Part shown: in pieces, positions 42,087-54,026 of the stretch | Position numbering within the stretch: the stretch's first letter is position 1 | Layout: each line of letters begins with the position of its first letter | DNA from: Coraliomargaritaceae bacterium | Lineage (GTDB): Bacteria; Verrucomicrobiota; Verrucomicrobiia; Opitutales; Coraliomargaritaceae | Direction of reading: 5' to 3' | DNA length: 64,000 nucleotides | Assembly (NCBI GenBank): GCA_965660465.1 | Contig: CBFIAI010000003.1 | Coordinates: 72,771-136,770, forward strand | The notes under the pieces: generated by a model | What the model was told of the DNA's origin: nothing | What the model saw: the letters and a program-made list of their open reading frames with translations, nothing else | Databases searched by the model: none | Position numbers and translations under genes: made by a program

Positions 42087-42500
42087 TTAGCGACGACGGC
42101 CTTTAGCCAATTTCTGCGCGACAAGGTACCGAACACCTGAAGTGAGGCGTTCCAGCTCGTCGGGATCGACACCCTCTTCGCGTGCCTTTTCCAGAGCCGC
42201 TTCAGCCCGAGCCTGTGCAGACTCGACCTCAGAAAGATCAATCTCGGAAACATCAATGGCGTCTTCTGCCAAAACTGAAATCGCGTCACCCAGAACCTTG
42301 GCATAGCCCTTGCCTACGGCAATATGCTCGGTGCTTCCGGATTGCAGAACCTGAATCTCACCGGGCACCAGCTTTGTCACCAAAGGCATATGACCGGGTA
42401 GAATCCCCGCTTCGCCGGACTCAGTGGGCAACACCACCTGATCCGCAGAGGTGCTGAGTACCTTGCGATCCGGAGTTATAATTTCAAAGGTGAGCGGCAT
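42087..42500 (-). CDS. atpC: F0F1 ATP synthase subunit epsilon
   Basis: 137 aa, immediately downstream of atpD (2-nt gap), with an epsilon-like beta-sandwich plus helical C-terminus. Confidence 0.9.
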   Translation of the reverse strand: MPLTFEIITPDRKVLSTSADQVVLPTESGEAGILPGHMPLVTKLVPGEIQVLQSGSTEHIAVGKGYAKVLGDAISVLAEDAIDVSEIDLSEVESAQARAEAALEKAREEGVDPDELERLTSGVRYLVAQKLAKGRRR

Positions 42501-42502
42501 GA

Positions 42503-43930
<1,428 letters not shown>

Positions 43931-43973
43931 TTAAAAAAGTGTGTTTGATTTGCGGGCAACGAAGACGGTTTCG

Positions 43974-44870
43974 TTAGTTGGCGGCAGAAGCCGCAGCAAT
44001 TTCAAGGATTTCTTGGGTAATGGCAGCTTGGCGTGCCTTGTTATATTCGAGAGTGAGATCGTCGACCAGGCCGGATGCGTTGTCGGTTGCCGCCTTCATC
44101 GCAACCATACGGGAGCAATGCTCGGACGCGCGGGCCTCCAAAAGATACTGGTGGGCGAGAATCTTAACGTAGAGGTCGGGCAGACCTTCGAGAACATCGT
44201 CAACAGAAGGCTCGAAAAGCATCTGGCGAGTGTCCGGCGTACCTGTGCTGCCTTGTGAGTCCCCGACCTGAGAGTTGATCTGCTCCAGAATTTCATCGAG
44301 ATCGATGACGGGTAGGAGTTTGCGGATCATCGGCTCTTGAATGAGCACATTGACGTAGCGCGGGTAGGCCAACTCAAGTGTGTCGATTTCGCCATTATTA
44401 AAGGCATCCAGCGCGAGTCGGAGAAGTGGCCGCAGTTCATTGAATCCAGCACTATCCGTAATCGAAAAATCAGCCAGCAGATCGCGTCCGGAACGAGCGA
44501 TTGCCTGAGTTGCCTTGCGCCCAACGGTAATGAATTTTGCCGGGCCTTTGACTTCGTCGACGATTTTGCGAAAGAGATTTGAATTGAGTGGGCCGCAAAG
44601 ACCTTTGTCCGTGGAAAAAACAATAATACCACGGGTCTTCACCTCGCGCTTTTGAAAGTACGGGTGAGAAATCTCTTCACCGGACATACGAAGCTTTTCG
44701 CTGACCGTGTTGAGTAAGTCGGACAAAAGATGCGCATAGGCGCGACCGGCTAAAGCACTGTCTTGCGCTCGCTTCATCTTGGAAGATGAAACCAACTGCA
44801 TGGCACGCGTTATCTGCCGGGTGTTCTTAACCGACTTGATGCGACGGCGAATGTCTCGGAGGTTGGCCAT
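43974..44870 (-). CDS. atpG: F0F1 ATP synthase subunit gamma
   Basis: [31 protein letters not shown] and the C-terminus ITQEILEI. Confidence 0.95.
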   Translation of the reverse strand: MANLRDIRRRIKSVKNTRQITRAMQLVSSSKMKRAQDSALAGRAYAHLLSDLLNTVSEKLRMSGEEISHPYFQKREVKTRGIIVFSTDKGLCGPLNSNLFRKIVDEVKGPAKFITVGRKATQAIARSGRDLLADFSITDSAGFNELRPLLRLALDAFNNGEIDTLELAYPRYVNVLIQEPMIRKLLPVIDLDEILEQINSQVGDSQGSTGTPDTRQMLFEPSVDDVLEGLPDLYVKILAHQYLLEARASEHCSRMVAMKAATDNASGLVDDLTLEYNKARQAAITQEILEIAAASAAN

Positions 44871-44914
44871 GATTTCAGTAACGAGCGGTCAAAAGGAAGG
44901 ATGCAATCAAGAGC

Positions 44915-46459
44915 TTAAGCGATAAATCCGGTCTTCCACTCTTCAATAGAAGACTTGAGTTGCGCCTCGATTTCCTCGGTCAGCTTCTTTTCTGCGCGAA
45001 TTGTATTCATAATGGAGGCTCCACGAGTCTCCAAGAATTCACGCAAGCTGATCGTTGCGGCAACCACTTGCTTGGCGTCAATCGTGTCATAGAAACCGTT
45101 TTGTACCGCCCAGATGAGGGAAGTCTGTACTTCAACAGGAATCGGATTGAAAGCAGTCTGCTTGAAGAGCTCCACGACACGTGCTCCACGGTCGAGCTGT
45201 GCTTTGGTCTTTTCGTCCAAATCCGAGCCAAACTGAGCGAAGGCAGCCAGCTCACGGAACTGAGCCAATTGAAGCTTCACCTTACCGGCCACTTTCTTAA
45301 TCGCTTTGATCTGTGCCGCCGAACCCACACGGGAAACTGATAGACCCACCGAAACCGCCGGGCGAATGCCCTGATTGAAAAGGTCTGTTTCGAGGAATAC
45401 CTGACCGTCGGTAATGGAAATTACGTTTGTCGGGATGTAGGCGGATACATCACCCGCCTGCGTCTCAATAATCGGAAGTGCGGTCAGGGAACCATTACCA
45501 TTGTTCTCGTTCACCCGGGCCGAACGCTCGAGCAAACGGGAGTGCAGGTAGAAAACGTCACCGGGATACGCTTCGCGACCGGATGGGCGCTTCAAGACCA
45601 GAGAGATCTGGCGATAGGCAACCGCTTGCTTCGAAAGATCATCATAGACGATCAATGCGTCCATGCCGTTGCGCATAAAGTACTCACCCATCGATGCTCC
45701 GGAGAAAGGAGCAATGTACTGATTCGCGGGATTATCGGCCGCCGGAGCACAAACAATAATCGTGTATTCCAGAGCGCCTGCCTTTTCGAGGACGTTGATC
45801 GTCCGTGCAATATTGGAATTCTTCTGACCAATCGCTACGTAGATGGAATATACGGGGCGGAAACCTTCCTCGAAGCTGCCATCTTCCTTGCGGTGCTGGT
45901 TATTGATGTTCGCCTGATTGATGATCGTGTCGATCGCGATAGTCGTCTTACCGGTAGAGCGGTCACCAATGATCAACTCACGTTGTCCGCGTCCGATAGG
46001 AATCATCGAATCAATCGCCATAATGCCAGTCTGCAGAGGCTGGTCGACTGATTTACGTGGAATGATACCCGGTGCAATTTGGTCTACCGGATAGCTTTCT
46101 TCGCTAGGTACTGGGCCTTTGCCGTCGATCGGATTACCGATCGCGTCGACCACTCGGCCGAGCAGTCCCATTCCAACGGGAACGGACAGCAGGCGTCCGG
46201 TCGTGGTGGCCTCGTCGCCTTCCTTCAAGTTAGCGTAGTCGCCCAGGATAACGCAGCCGACTTCGTCTTCTTCCAAGTTGAGGGCAAGACCATAGACCCC
46301 GTCACCGAAGTCGATCATCTCGTTGTACATGACTCCGGAGAGGCCCTGAAGTTTGGCCACACCGTCCGCAATAGCGACGATGGTTCCGGTGTTAGTCTTG
46401 ACGGCTCCGGCTTCGAAGCGGGCGATTTCGTTTTCGATTTGTTCGACGATTGTGCTCAT
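44915..46459 (-). CDS. atpA: F0F1 ATP synthase subunit alpha
   Basis: [19 protein letters not shown]-loop and the ITDGQVFLE motif. Confidence 0.97.
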   Translation of the reverse strand: MSTIVEQIENEIARFEAGAVKTNTGTIVAIADGVAKLQGLSGVMYNEMIDFGDGVYGLALNLEEDEVGCVILGDYANLKEGDEATTTGRLLSVPVGMGLLGRVVDAIGNPIDGKGPVPSEESYPVDQIAPGIIPRKSVDQPLQTGIMAIDSMIPIGRGQRELIIGDRSTGKTTIAIDTIINQANINNQHRKEDGSFEEGFRPVYSIYVAIGQKNSNIARTINVLEKAGALEYTIIVCAPAADNPANQYIAPFSGASMGEYFMRNGMDALIVYDDLSKQAVAYRQISLVLKRPSGREAYPGDVFYLHSRLLERSARVNENNGNGSLTALPIIETQAGDVSAYIPTNVISITDGQVFLETDLFNQGIRPAVSVGLSVSRVGSAAQIKAIKKVAGKVKLQLAQFRELAAFAQFGSDLDEKTKAQLDRGARVVELFKQTAFNPIPVEVQTSLIWAVQNGFYDTIDAKQVVAATISLREFLETRGASIMNTIRAEKKLTEEIEAQLKSSIEEWKTGFIA

Positions 46460-46497
46460 GGAAAATTGTCGGCTGTAGGTGGTGAAAATAGTTTGGA

Positions 46498-46893
46498 TTA
46501 ACGGACGCTGTTAGCCAGGCGCTGGAGGCGTCCGACTAGTGAAGCATCATAGAGGTCGTCGCCCACGCGTACACGTAGACCGGCGATAAGAGAGGGTTCT
46601 TCTTCGGCAACCACCCGAATCGGGCGGTTGTAACGGGCGGAAAATCCGCTTTCAAGAGCGGCCAGTGCTTCCGGCCCAAGTGCCGTTGGTGTGGAGACGC
46701 GGGCTGTTTGAAGAGCCAGCTCACGACGAATATGAATCAAATATGCTTTCAGCAGTCGCAACGGCTGGCGGTGCTTGGAGCCTTCTATTGCAGAAAGGAC
46801 TTCCGCAACACGCTGTTCGCTGATTGCGCCTTCGTCTTTGGACAGTTCGACCAGTTTCTTGGCGAATTGGTTGATTTTTTTGTCCGTTTTCAT
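46498..46893 (-). CDS. atpH: F0F1 ATP synthase subunit delta (short form)
   Basis: Position between atpF and atpA, with C-terminal [20 protein letters not shown] chose the ATG at 46893, giving 131 aa. Confidence 0.8.
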   Translation of the reverse strand: MKTDKKINQFAKKLVELSKDEGAISEQRVAEVLSAIEGSKHRQPLRLLKAYLIHIRRELALQTARVSTPTALGPEALAALESGFSARYNRPIRVVAEEEPSLIAGLRVRVGDDLYDASLVGRLQRLANSVR

Positions 46894-46921
46894 CGTGAAA
46901 AATTGTTTCGTCTTCTTACGG

Positions 46922-47545
46922 TTAGCTAGCGCTGGATAGTTCCTTTGCGGCACTATCGGCATACGTCGATTTTTCAGATTCAGAAAGTTCACGCTCCAGT
47001 ACTTTCCCGGAGGTCACGACAACGAGACGAGCCACTTCCTGGCGTACTTCAGAAAGCATCTTTTGGCGCTCGAGTTCGGTAGCTTCCGCTGCCTTGCGTA
47101 GAATGCCTTCGGCTTGAGCTGCGGCTTCCTGCGTCTTTTGCTCGATCAATTCCTTTGCTTGCTCGCGTGATTCAGAAAGAATGGCCTGCGCCTGAACGGC
47201 AGCCTGCTTGATCGTTTCGTTGCGTTCGCGCTCCGCCTCGGAGAGTTGTGTTTTCATCTCCTCGGCATACTGAAGACCTTCGGCGATCTTCTGCTGGCGC
47301 TCGTCGAGAGTGGCAGCCACTGGCTTGACGGCAAAATAATACAGGGCGAAAGCGACGATGACGAAGTTGACCATCTGCGCGATCAGGGTCGGCAATGAGA
47401 CGCCGAACTGCCCGGCTAGGCTGGAGATAATTCCTTCCGACTCAGCGTTCAGGACGTCGCCAGCTGCATGGGGATCTCCTGCGGCGAGCAGCCCGAGGGG
47501 GAGAGCCAGAAGGAGGAGCGAGATTCGCGGGAAGGTGTTTTTCAT
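46922..47545 (-). CDS. atpF: F0F1 ATP synthase subunit b (with N-terminal signal-like extension)
   Basis: [22 protein letters not shown] followed by a long charged helix. Operon position fits. Confidence 0.85.
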   Translation of the reverse strand: MKNTFPRISLLLLALPLGLLAAGDPHAAGDVLNAESEGIISSLAGQFGVSLPTLIAQMVNFVIVAFALYYFAVKPVAATLDERQQKIAEGLQYAEEMKTQLSEAERERNETIKQAAVQAQAILSESREQAKELIEQKTQEAAAQAEGILRKAAEATELERQKMLSEVRQEVARLVVVTSGKVLERELSESEKSTYADSAAKELSSAS

Positions 47546-47619
47546 TGTAGAGTAGTGATGCTTCAGGGGACAGCTGCGACGATCTTGCGACCGTCGCAGC
47601 GATCCAATGAAAGAGGCTA

Positions 47620-47838
47620 TTAGCCAGCCATCGTACCAAGGAAGATGGCGAAGAAGACAATCGCTTCAGCGAAAGCCATGGCAATAATAGACTGAACCAG
47701 CACCTTCGGTGCGGCTTCCGGGTTGCGGCCTACAGATTCACAGGCTTTGAAACCGATGAGTCCAATACCGAGTGGCACACCGAGGGCGGCGAATGCGACA
47801 TTAATATTACCGGAAATTTCTGCAAGTATGCTAAACAT
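47620..47838 (-). CDS. atpE: F0F1 ATP synthase subunit c
   Basis: 72 aa hairpin with GIGLIG, the loop GRNPE and a carboxylate in AFAEAI. Confidence 0.95.
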   Translation of the reverse strand: MFSILAEISGNINVAFAALGVPLGIGLIGFKACESVGRNPEAAPKVLVQSIIAMAFAEAIVFFAIFLGTMAG

Positions 47839-47925
47839 GGTGTTCTATTTGGTTTGAGTGTTTATTGATTCGTGGGATCACCGGCAGCTACGACTTTCTG
47901 CATAGTCCCGCCGGGTGAAAGTCTA

Positions 47926-48825
47926 TTAATGAGCGTGGTCTTCGTCGTGGTTGGTCATGAGTCCGATATAGATCGCGACGAGGAGCGTGAAGATGAGGGC
48001 CTGCACAACGCCGACCAGTACCTCGTAGAGATAAAATGGAATCGGGACAATATACGGAGCCATACCGGTCATGCTAGTCAGCAGATTTTCTCCGCCAAAG
48101 ACATTTCCGTAGAGACGAAAGGAAAGAGAAACCGGACGGAAGGTGATCGAGATAATCTCAATGAAACCAACCATGAGGAAAATGGGAGTTAGCATCAAGT
48201 AGATGCCGGTTGGGGTTTCCTTCTTATCGGCCTTGTTGCCAAATAATTCCCAGATGAAAAACTTCGGGCCGGCTACCTTCAGGCTGATAAAGAGCCAGGC
48301 GATCATAGCGACCAAGGCCATCCCTAAAGTTGCGTTCAGGTCGGAGTTGGCCGGGCGCATCCAGTACTTCAGGTGTTCATGCTCGTCATAAAAGCCGAAA
48401 ACGCCCACTCCCGGAAGGAGTCCGCTCCAGTTGTGCACGATAATAAAGACGAACAATCCGATCAAAAGCGGAAAGGTCATAGGAAATGCTTTTTTGCCAA
48501 CGATGGGCAGAAGCAGATCCTTCAGCGTCTCAATAATATTTTCAAATACCGCCTGCCATTTACCGGGAATCAGTTTTGGACGCCCAACTAAGGTGCGCAC
48601 ACCGATAATAAATAGTAGAGAAATTGTCCAGGTCGTCAGGATCGTGTTGGTCAACGGCAATCCCAGTAAATCAGACAGCGTGTACGGGGCTGGACTGACT
48701 CCACCCTCACCGGCAGCGAGCAGAGAACCAGCGGAGCTAAGAAAGATGAATAGTAGTGAGTAGCGTCGATTCACAGAAATGTCAGACGGGAAAAATTTCG
48801 TATGTGTCAGAAATTGAAGGCACAC
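47926..48825 (-). CDS. atpB: F0F1 ATP synthase subunit a
   Basis: Conserved Arg context [14 protein letters not shown]. Polytopic. The GTG start at 48825 is uncertain. Confidence 0.9.
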   Translation of the reverse strand: MCLQFLTHTKFFPSDISVNRRYSLLFIFLSSAGSLLAAGEGGVSPAPYTLSDLLGLPLTNTILTTWTISLLFIIGVRTLVGRPKLIPGKWQAVFENIIETLKDLLLPIVGKKAFPMTFPLLIGLFVFIIVHNWSGLLPGVGVFGFYDEHEHLKYWMRPANSDLNATLGMALVAMIAWLFISLKVAGPKFFIWELFGNKADKKETPTGIYLMLTPIFLMVGFIEIISITFRPVSLSFRLYGNVFGGENLLTSMTGMAPYIVPIPFYLYEVLVGVVQALIFTLLVAIYIGLMTNHDEDHAH

Positions 48826-49067
48826 CTTATTGCTGGAGCCTGCGTTAGCGTCAACTACGGATTCTTACCAGTAATGAATCCATTAGCTTTTCTAATGCCT
48901 CGGATCAATCAACAAGCCCTTCCGGACAAAGCTTGCCCCGGCCGCTCGATTGGCTAACTGTACACCCCAATGGCCACACCGAAAAACCTGACCGGAAAGA
49001 TTACGCATTTGCGTGATCGCACAGGCGGCTTTCATGTCGGACAAACCCCCGTCGAGGATCTGGCCCG

Positions 49068-49105
49068 AAAAAAAACTCCCCGGGAACGTCCCTTTGCCCC
49101 GGATT
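49068..49105 (-). terminator. putative rho-independent terminator downstream of trmB
   Basis: The minus strand reads CCGGGGCAAAGGGACGTTCCCGGGGAG followed by T8. A GC-rich hairpin is present, with two alternative pairings. It lies about 80 nt after the trmB stop. Confidence 0.5.
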
Positions 49106-49184
49106 ACTTCCAATTATTTGCCTGTTTGCTTCTCGGCACGGCTGCAGTTGCCCAATTCGTGCTGCTTCTATGGTTGGATATTCT

Positions 49185-49790
49185 CTAATCGACCTCCTGG
49201 AGGCGGGCTACCACTGAATAGTAGGTCTCCATCAGACCCTGAAAGTAGGTCTCCTTTTCATGCGGCCAGGCCGCTTCCTTGTCGATCACCCAATAGCGAT
49301 TGTCTTCCAGATGCTCGAGCGTCCAATCGAAGTACGCACGGTCATCCGTGCGGAAATAAAAACATCCGTTCGGGCGCGTGCGACGCGCCACCTCTGTCAG
49401 CATCTCTTCCTGCACCATACGCCTACGGTGGTGACGCGCCTTCGGCCAGGGATCCGGAAATAACAGGACTGTGCCGTCAAACTGAATGTCCGGTGGCAGT
49501 ATCTCGAGAAACTCCCCTAGTTCCGCTTTATAAAAATGCAGGTTCCTCAGGCCCCGCTTGTCCCCTTTTGCCTGTGCCTTGCGGATACGCAGGGCAATTA
49601 GGTCAATCCCCAGGCAAACTTGATCGGGGTGTGCCTCCGCATAACTGGTCAGCCAATGCCCATGCCCACAACCTGCCTCGAAAAGCAATGATTGGCATCC
49701 TTCGAGAGCGCGTTCGCAATCTGCCCGCAGAGCCTCCTTTCGCAGGCGCTGCTTTTCCAGTTCTCTGGCGTGTGCGGGTGTAATCTCCAT
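49185..49790 (-). CDS. trmB: tRNA (guanine-N7)-methyltransferase
   Basis: SAM motif [12 protein letters not shown] and the family signature [16 protein letters not shown]. Confidence 0.9.
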   Translation of the reverse strand: MEITPAHARELEKQRLRKEALRADCERALEGCQSLLFEAGCGHGHWLTSYAEAHPDQVCLGIDLIALRIRKAQAKGDKRGLRNLHFYKAELGEFLEILPPDIQFDGTVLLFPDPWPKARHHRRRMVQEEMLTEVARRTRPNGCFYFRTDDRAYFDWTLEHLEDNRYWVIDKEAAWPHEKETYFQGLMETYYSVVARLQEVD

Positions 49791-49917
49791 GAGTCAAATG
49801 GCAGTCCCCTCCCCGATTGGGTCAAGTACCGCTCTTCTCGAACCCAAACCATACAAACGGACTTCTCAAACACTATTTGAGTGGATGCGTTTCTTTTTAT
49901 CCGGAAACCAGCGGGTA

Positions 49918-51234
49918 TTATTCAATGGCTTCGGAGGTATGGAGAGACGCCGTGTCCTCCCCGACCACTGCATAGGGCAAGCTAAAGAAAAAGCTAGCTC
50001 CCTCACCGAGAATACTTTCCACCCAAACACTCCCCCCATGCAATTGTACAATGTGCTTGGTTATGCTCAACCCCAGCCCCGTGCCCCCGCGCTCGCGTGA
50101 TCGCCCCTTGTCCGCGCGGTAAAAACGCTCGAAAACATGCGGTAAATCTTTTGGTGCGATCCCCGGCCCATCATCCGCCAGACTACAGATGACAAATCCA
50201 TTGTCATCCAGCTGAACCTTGAGGACCAGACGGGTAAACTCCGGTGCATAACGAAACGCATTCTCCACCAAATTATCCACAACTTGATGAATCCGGTAGC
50301 GATCAAATAAAAACTCCCCTACCCGATTGTCATATTCAAAGACCAAAGACTGCTCTGCCGGATCAATCCGGTTCCCATAGTTATCAATCGTGTCGCGCAG
50401 TAATTCCTTTAATGAATACTGGGCCATATCCATCTGATCCGGCCCGGATTCAAGTCGCGACAAGGTCAACAAATCCTCCACCAATACATGCAGACGCTGT
50501 ACGTTATTAACGATCTTTCCGATAAAACGGGCTCTGGAGTCTGCTGGGAGCGAGTCATTGTCTTCATTCAGGGTTTCCGCGAACCCTTTGATAATGGTCA
50601 ATGGCGTGCGCAACTCATGAGAAACGTTGGCAACGAAGTCACGACGCACCATTTCCAGGCTTTTCAGCCGAGTAATATCGTGCAACACAAGAATTGTTGA
50701 GCCTCGCCCACTTTGGCCAACCCCTTCCACCCTCGCCCGAGACGCCTCAAACCACAAAGTCTCGCCGCGCCAGTCCAGAGACACTTGGTGTGGCTTGGTC
50801 GAGTGAGCCGTCGCAGGATTGCCGAGAAACTCCAATAAACTCGGGGAACGTAAGGCCGACTCCAGTTTCGCTCCCTTCAATGTCAGCCCTACCTGAAATA
50901 AGCGCCGAGCCGACTCATTGGCATATTCAATCGTCCGCGCGTTATCAAAGATCAGGACCGCCTCCTGAATCGAGCCCAAGACAGCCTCAATCTGATTGGA
51001 GAAGCCCCCGCCCTCTTTCTCAACGACTTCACAGCGATCCATCAACTGATTGATTTTCTTCACTACTTGGGGAAAGCCCAACTTATGCAGAGAGGTCGAC
51101 GGATCCTCCAGAAGGAAACGTCGTTCCTCGTCTAGGCTCTGCCCCAGATCCCGAAGCATCCGGCGCGTTTTCAGAAAATACACCAATAGAAGCAACCAGG
51201 ACGCTGCTGTGAGAATACCAAATAACCAAATCAT
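49918..51234 (-). CDS. sensor histidine kinase (PhoR-like architecture)
   Basis: N-terminal TM, a PAS-like region, H-box FVANVSHELRTPLT, N-box VVDNLVENAFRY and G-boxes DDGPGI and GGTGLGLSI. Confidence 0.9.
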   Translation of the reverse strand: MIWLFGILTAASWLLLLVYFLKTRRMLRDLGQSLDEERRFLLEDPSTSLHKLGFPQVVKKINQLMDRCEVVEKEGGGFSNQIEAVLGSIQEAVLIFDNARTIEYANESARRLFQVGLTLKGAKLESALRSPSLLEFLGNPATAHSTKPHQVSLDWRGETLWFEASRARVEGVGQSGRGSTILVLHDITRLKSLEMVRRDFVANVSHELRTPLTIIKGFAETLNEDNDSLPADSRARFIGKIVNNVQRLHVLVEDLLTLSRLESGPDQMDMAQYSLKELLRDTIDNYGNRIDPAEQSLVFEYDNRVGEFLFDRYRIHQVVDNLVENAFRYAPEFTRLVLKVQLDDNGFVICSLADDGPGIAPKDLPHVFERFYRADKGRSRERGGTGLGLSITKHIVQLHGGSVWVESILGEGASFFFSLPYAVVGEDTASLHTSEAIE

Positions 51235-51942
51235 CTATAATTCCACCGCACGATAGCCCACTCCCCGCACAGTCTCAATCATATTGGCGTACGGACCTAA
51301 CTTTTCCCGAACGCGCCGAACATGAGTATCCACTGTGCGCGTTTCAATATCCGTGTCGTAATTCCAGACATTAGCCAATAAATTCTCGCGAGACTGCACC
51401 CGACCCTTGCGCTCCATCAGGAGCTTGAGCAAACGAAACTCCGTAGCGGTCAAAACCACCGGCTCTTCATCCACTAATAACTGGTGCAAATCCTCATCAA
51501 TGACGACGCCTCCGATCTGTACACGACTTGGAGAAACCTCGCCTAATTGGCGCGTTCCACGGGTCAAAACTTTGCTTATACGGAGCATTAACTCCTTGTT
51601 ATTGAATGGCTTAGAGATATAGTCTTCCGCCCCAGACTCCAGCCCCTTGATCCGGTCTTCGGCCTCCCCGCGAGCCGTCAGGAAGATAATTGGCACTTCC
51701 CGCAACGCCGGATCCGAACGAGCCATCCGACACAACTGCAGTCCACTCAGCTCCGGCATCATAATATCCAGAATGATTAAGTGGGGACGATAATCGCGTG
51801 CTCGACCGACAAAAGCCAGCGGATCATTCAAAGCCTCACACTGGTAACCCTCCTGCTCCAACTTGTAGGTAAGCAATTCGGTTACATCCGGCTCATCGTC
51901 AACCACTAGAATTCGGTAGATTGTGGAAGTTTTCGTTTTCAT
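51235..51942 (-). CDS. OmpR/PhoB-family response regulator
   Basis: Receiver ILVVDDEP...LIILDIMMP and a winged-helix output (LTATEFRLLKLL, VDTHVRRVREKL, TVRGVGY). Its stop abuts the kinase start. I chose the ATG at 51942. Confidence 0.9.
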   Translation of the reverse strand: MKTKTSTIYRILVVDDEPDVTELLTYKLEQEGYQCEALNDPLAFVGRARDYRPHLIILDIMMPELSGLQLCRMARSDPALREVPIIFLTARGEAEDRIKGLESGAEDYISKPFNNKELMLRISKVLTRGTRQLGEVSPSRVQIGGVVIDEDLHQLLVDEEPVVLTATEFRLLKLLMERKGRVQSRENLLANVWNYDTDIETRTVDTHVRRVREKLGPYANMIETVRGVGYRAVEL

Positions 51943-52102
51943 AGAAACTGGTTGCAAAAATTGTAAGATAACGAAGCAACTGACCAGACAAATTTACAAA
52001 AAAATCAACCGGAAAAAATCGCCTGACTAAAATCGCAACTTATTCTGCCTCACATTGTTGCGTAAATTGAAAAAGCTTTTTTCACTGTCACGGAAACGTC
52101 AC

Positions 52103-52135
52103 AAAACCGCCTCCCAATCGAAACATTCCGGAGGC
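52103..52135 (-). terminator. putative terminator downstream of mnmG
   Basis: The minus strand reads GCCTCC-N15-GGAGGC followed by GGTTTTGTG, about 10 nt after the stop. Confidence 0.45.
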
Positions 52136-52145
52136 TTTACAGGGC

Positions 52146-54026
52146 CTACTTTTCCCGGCGCTGCGCTTCTAAATAGACCATCAAAATACTGATGTCAGCC
52201 GGATTCACTCCACTAATTCGACTGGCCTGCCCCAGCGTCGTTGGAGCAATTGTTGCCAACTTCTCCGCACTCTCATTACGCAAGCCTACAACCCCCCGAA
52301 AGTCAAAGCCTCCGGGAATCCGAATACGATCAATATGCCGTAGCTTTTCAATCTGCTTGGCCTCACGCTCCAGATAGCCCCGATAAACCACGCGATAAAA
52401 GACCTCTTCGCGAACCTGCGTAGGCAAGGCCCTCAGCTCTTCCGGGAAGTCCTCCTGTGAGCGAGTATGGCGCAGTATATCCGCCTGCAAACGCCCGCCT
52501 GTGCGCGTATTCTCCAGCTTTTCTACCCAGCCATGCACCTGCCCAATCTTCGCCTCGATACGAGTGGCACGCGCATCCGAGAGAAGCCCGAAGTCCTTGA
52601 CCTTGCCGTAGATCCGCAATTCAGCACTCGCGTGATTGAAGAGAAGCCGATGCTCCGCACGACTTGAAAACATCCGATAAGGCTCGTTCGTGCCCTTGGT
52701 CACCAGATCATCAATCAACACCCCAATATAGGACTCGTGGCGCTCAAAGATCAAAGGCGCCCCACCCCGTAATTTCTGCACGGCATTGACCCCGGCGATC
52801 AGGCCCTGGCCGCCCGCTTCCTCATATCCCGAAGTTCCGTTAATCTGGCCGGCAAAAAATAAATTTTCCACCTTCTTAGACTCTAGAGACGGCTGCAACT
52901 GCGTGGGCGGAGCAAAATCATACTCCACCGCGTATGCCGGGCGAAGCATATGCACCCGTTCCAGACCATCCACCGATTGCAGCATCGAGAGCTGCACATC
53001 AAACGGTAAGCTCGTCGAAAGACCATTGATATACCATTCATTCGTATTTCGACCTTCCGGCTCCAGAAACAACATATGCCGGTCCTTGTCCTTAAAGCGC
53101 ACAAACTTGTCTTCAATGCTTGGACAATAACGAGGGCCCGTGCCTTCAATTTCACCGGAGTACATCGCCGAGCGATGTAAATTCTCACGAACCACTGCCT
53201 CGGTGGCCGCACCGGTGTAAGTTAAATAGCAAGATACCTGCTCGGTGCCCGGCACCCAACCCAACTTCTTTTGGCCGGAATGTTCCACGTGGAACAAATC
53301 ATTTGAATCACGCGTATCATGAAAAGCGAATAGGGTAGGGTGCGCGTCCCCCGTCTGTTCCTCCAAATGAGTAAAATCAATGCTGCTTCCCAAAATACGC
53401 GCCGGCGTACCCGTCTTCAAACGCTGCAACTCGATGCCCGCCTCAAGGAACGAACCAGACAAACCCTTGGCAGAGAAATCGCCCATTCGGCCCCCTTCAT
53501 TCTTATTCCGTCCAACGTGCATCAAACCCCGCAGAAAAGTCCCCGTCGTCACCACGACGGACTTCGCGTAGAACTCGACATCGAGAGAAGTACGCACCCC
53601 AACTACGCAGTCACCTTTAAAGATCAACCCGACTACCATCGCCTGAAATAAATCCAGATGTTGTTGTAGCTCAACAACATGCTTCATTCGGAACTGGTAT
53701 GCCTTTTTGTCGCACTGGGCACGTGGAGCCTGTACCGCCGGCCCCTTGGAAGCATTGAGCAAACGAAATTGGATCGCCGTTGTATCCGTATTGATTGCCA
53801 TTTCGCCACCCATCGCATCAATCTCACGAACCATCTGACCCTTGGCCTGACCGCCGATAGCCGGATTGCAACTCATCTGTGCAATCGTATCCAAATTGCC
53901 CGTCAGCATTAGTGTATCCGCTCCCATTCGCGCAGACGCAAGGGCAGCCTCACAGCCCGCATGACCGGCACCGCAGACAATTACATCATACGGCTGATTC
54001 GGTCCAAATTTTAGTCCACCACTCAT
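52146..54026 (-). CDS. mnmG: tRNA uridine 5-carboxymethylaminomethyl modification enzyme MnmG
   Basis: FAD motif VIVCGAGHAGCEAA and the conserved segments GPRYCPSIEDK and FFAGQINGTSGYEEA. Confidence 0.95.
   Translation of the reverse strand: MSGGLKFGPNQPYDVIVCGAGHAGCEAALASARMGADTLMLTGNLDTIAQMSCNPAIGGQAKGQMVREIDAMGGEMAINTDTTAIQFRLLNASKGPAVQAPRAQCDKKAYQFRMKHVVELQQHLDLFQAMVVGLIFKGDCVVGVRTSLDVEFYAKSVVVTTGTFLRGLMHVGRNKNEGGRMGDFSAKGLSGSFLEAGIELQRLKTGTPARILGSSIDFTHLEEQTGDAHPTLFAFHDTRDSNDLFHVEHSGQKKLGWVPGTEQVSCYLTYTGAATEAVVRENLHRSAMYSGEIEGTGPRYCPSIEDKFVRFKDKDRHMLFLEPEGRNTNEWYINGLSTSLPFDVQLSMLQSVDGLERVHMLRPAYAVEYDFAPPTQLQPSLESKKVENLFFAGQINGTSGYEEAGGQGLIAGVNAVQKLRGGAPLIFERHESYIGVLIDDLVTKGTNEPYRMFSSRAEHRLLFNHASAELRIYGKVKDFGLLSDARATRIEAKIGQVHGWVEKLENTRTGGRLQADILRHTRSQEDFPEELRALPTQVREEVFYRVVYRGYLEREAKQIEKLRHIDRIRIPGGFDFRGVVGLRNESAEKLATIAPTTLGQASRISGVNPADISILMVYLEAQRREK

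Noticed and set aside
48970-49188. 72-aa plus-strand ORF with a hydrophobic C-terminus, located between atpB and trmB.
   Set aside because: It overlaps the predicted trmB terminator and the trmB stop, and has no recognisable start context or family resemblance. I also searched the minus strand here for an AtpI/AtpZ-like small membrane ORF and found none.
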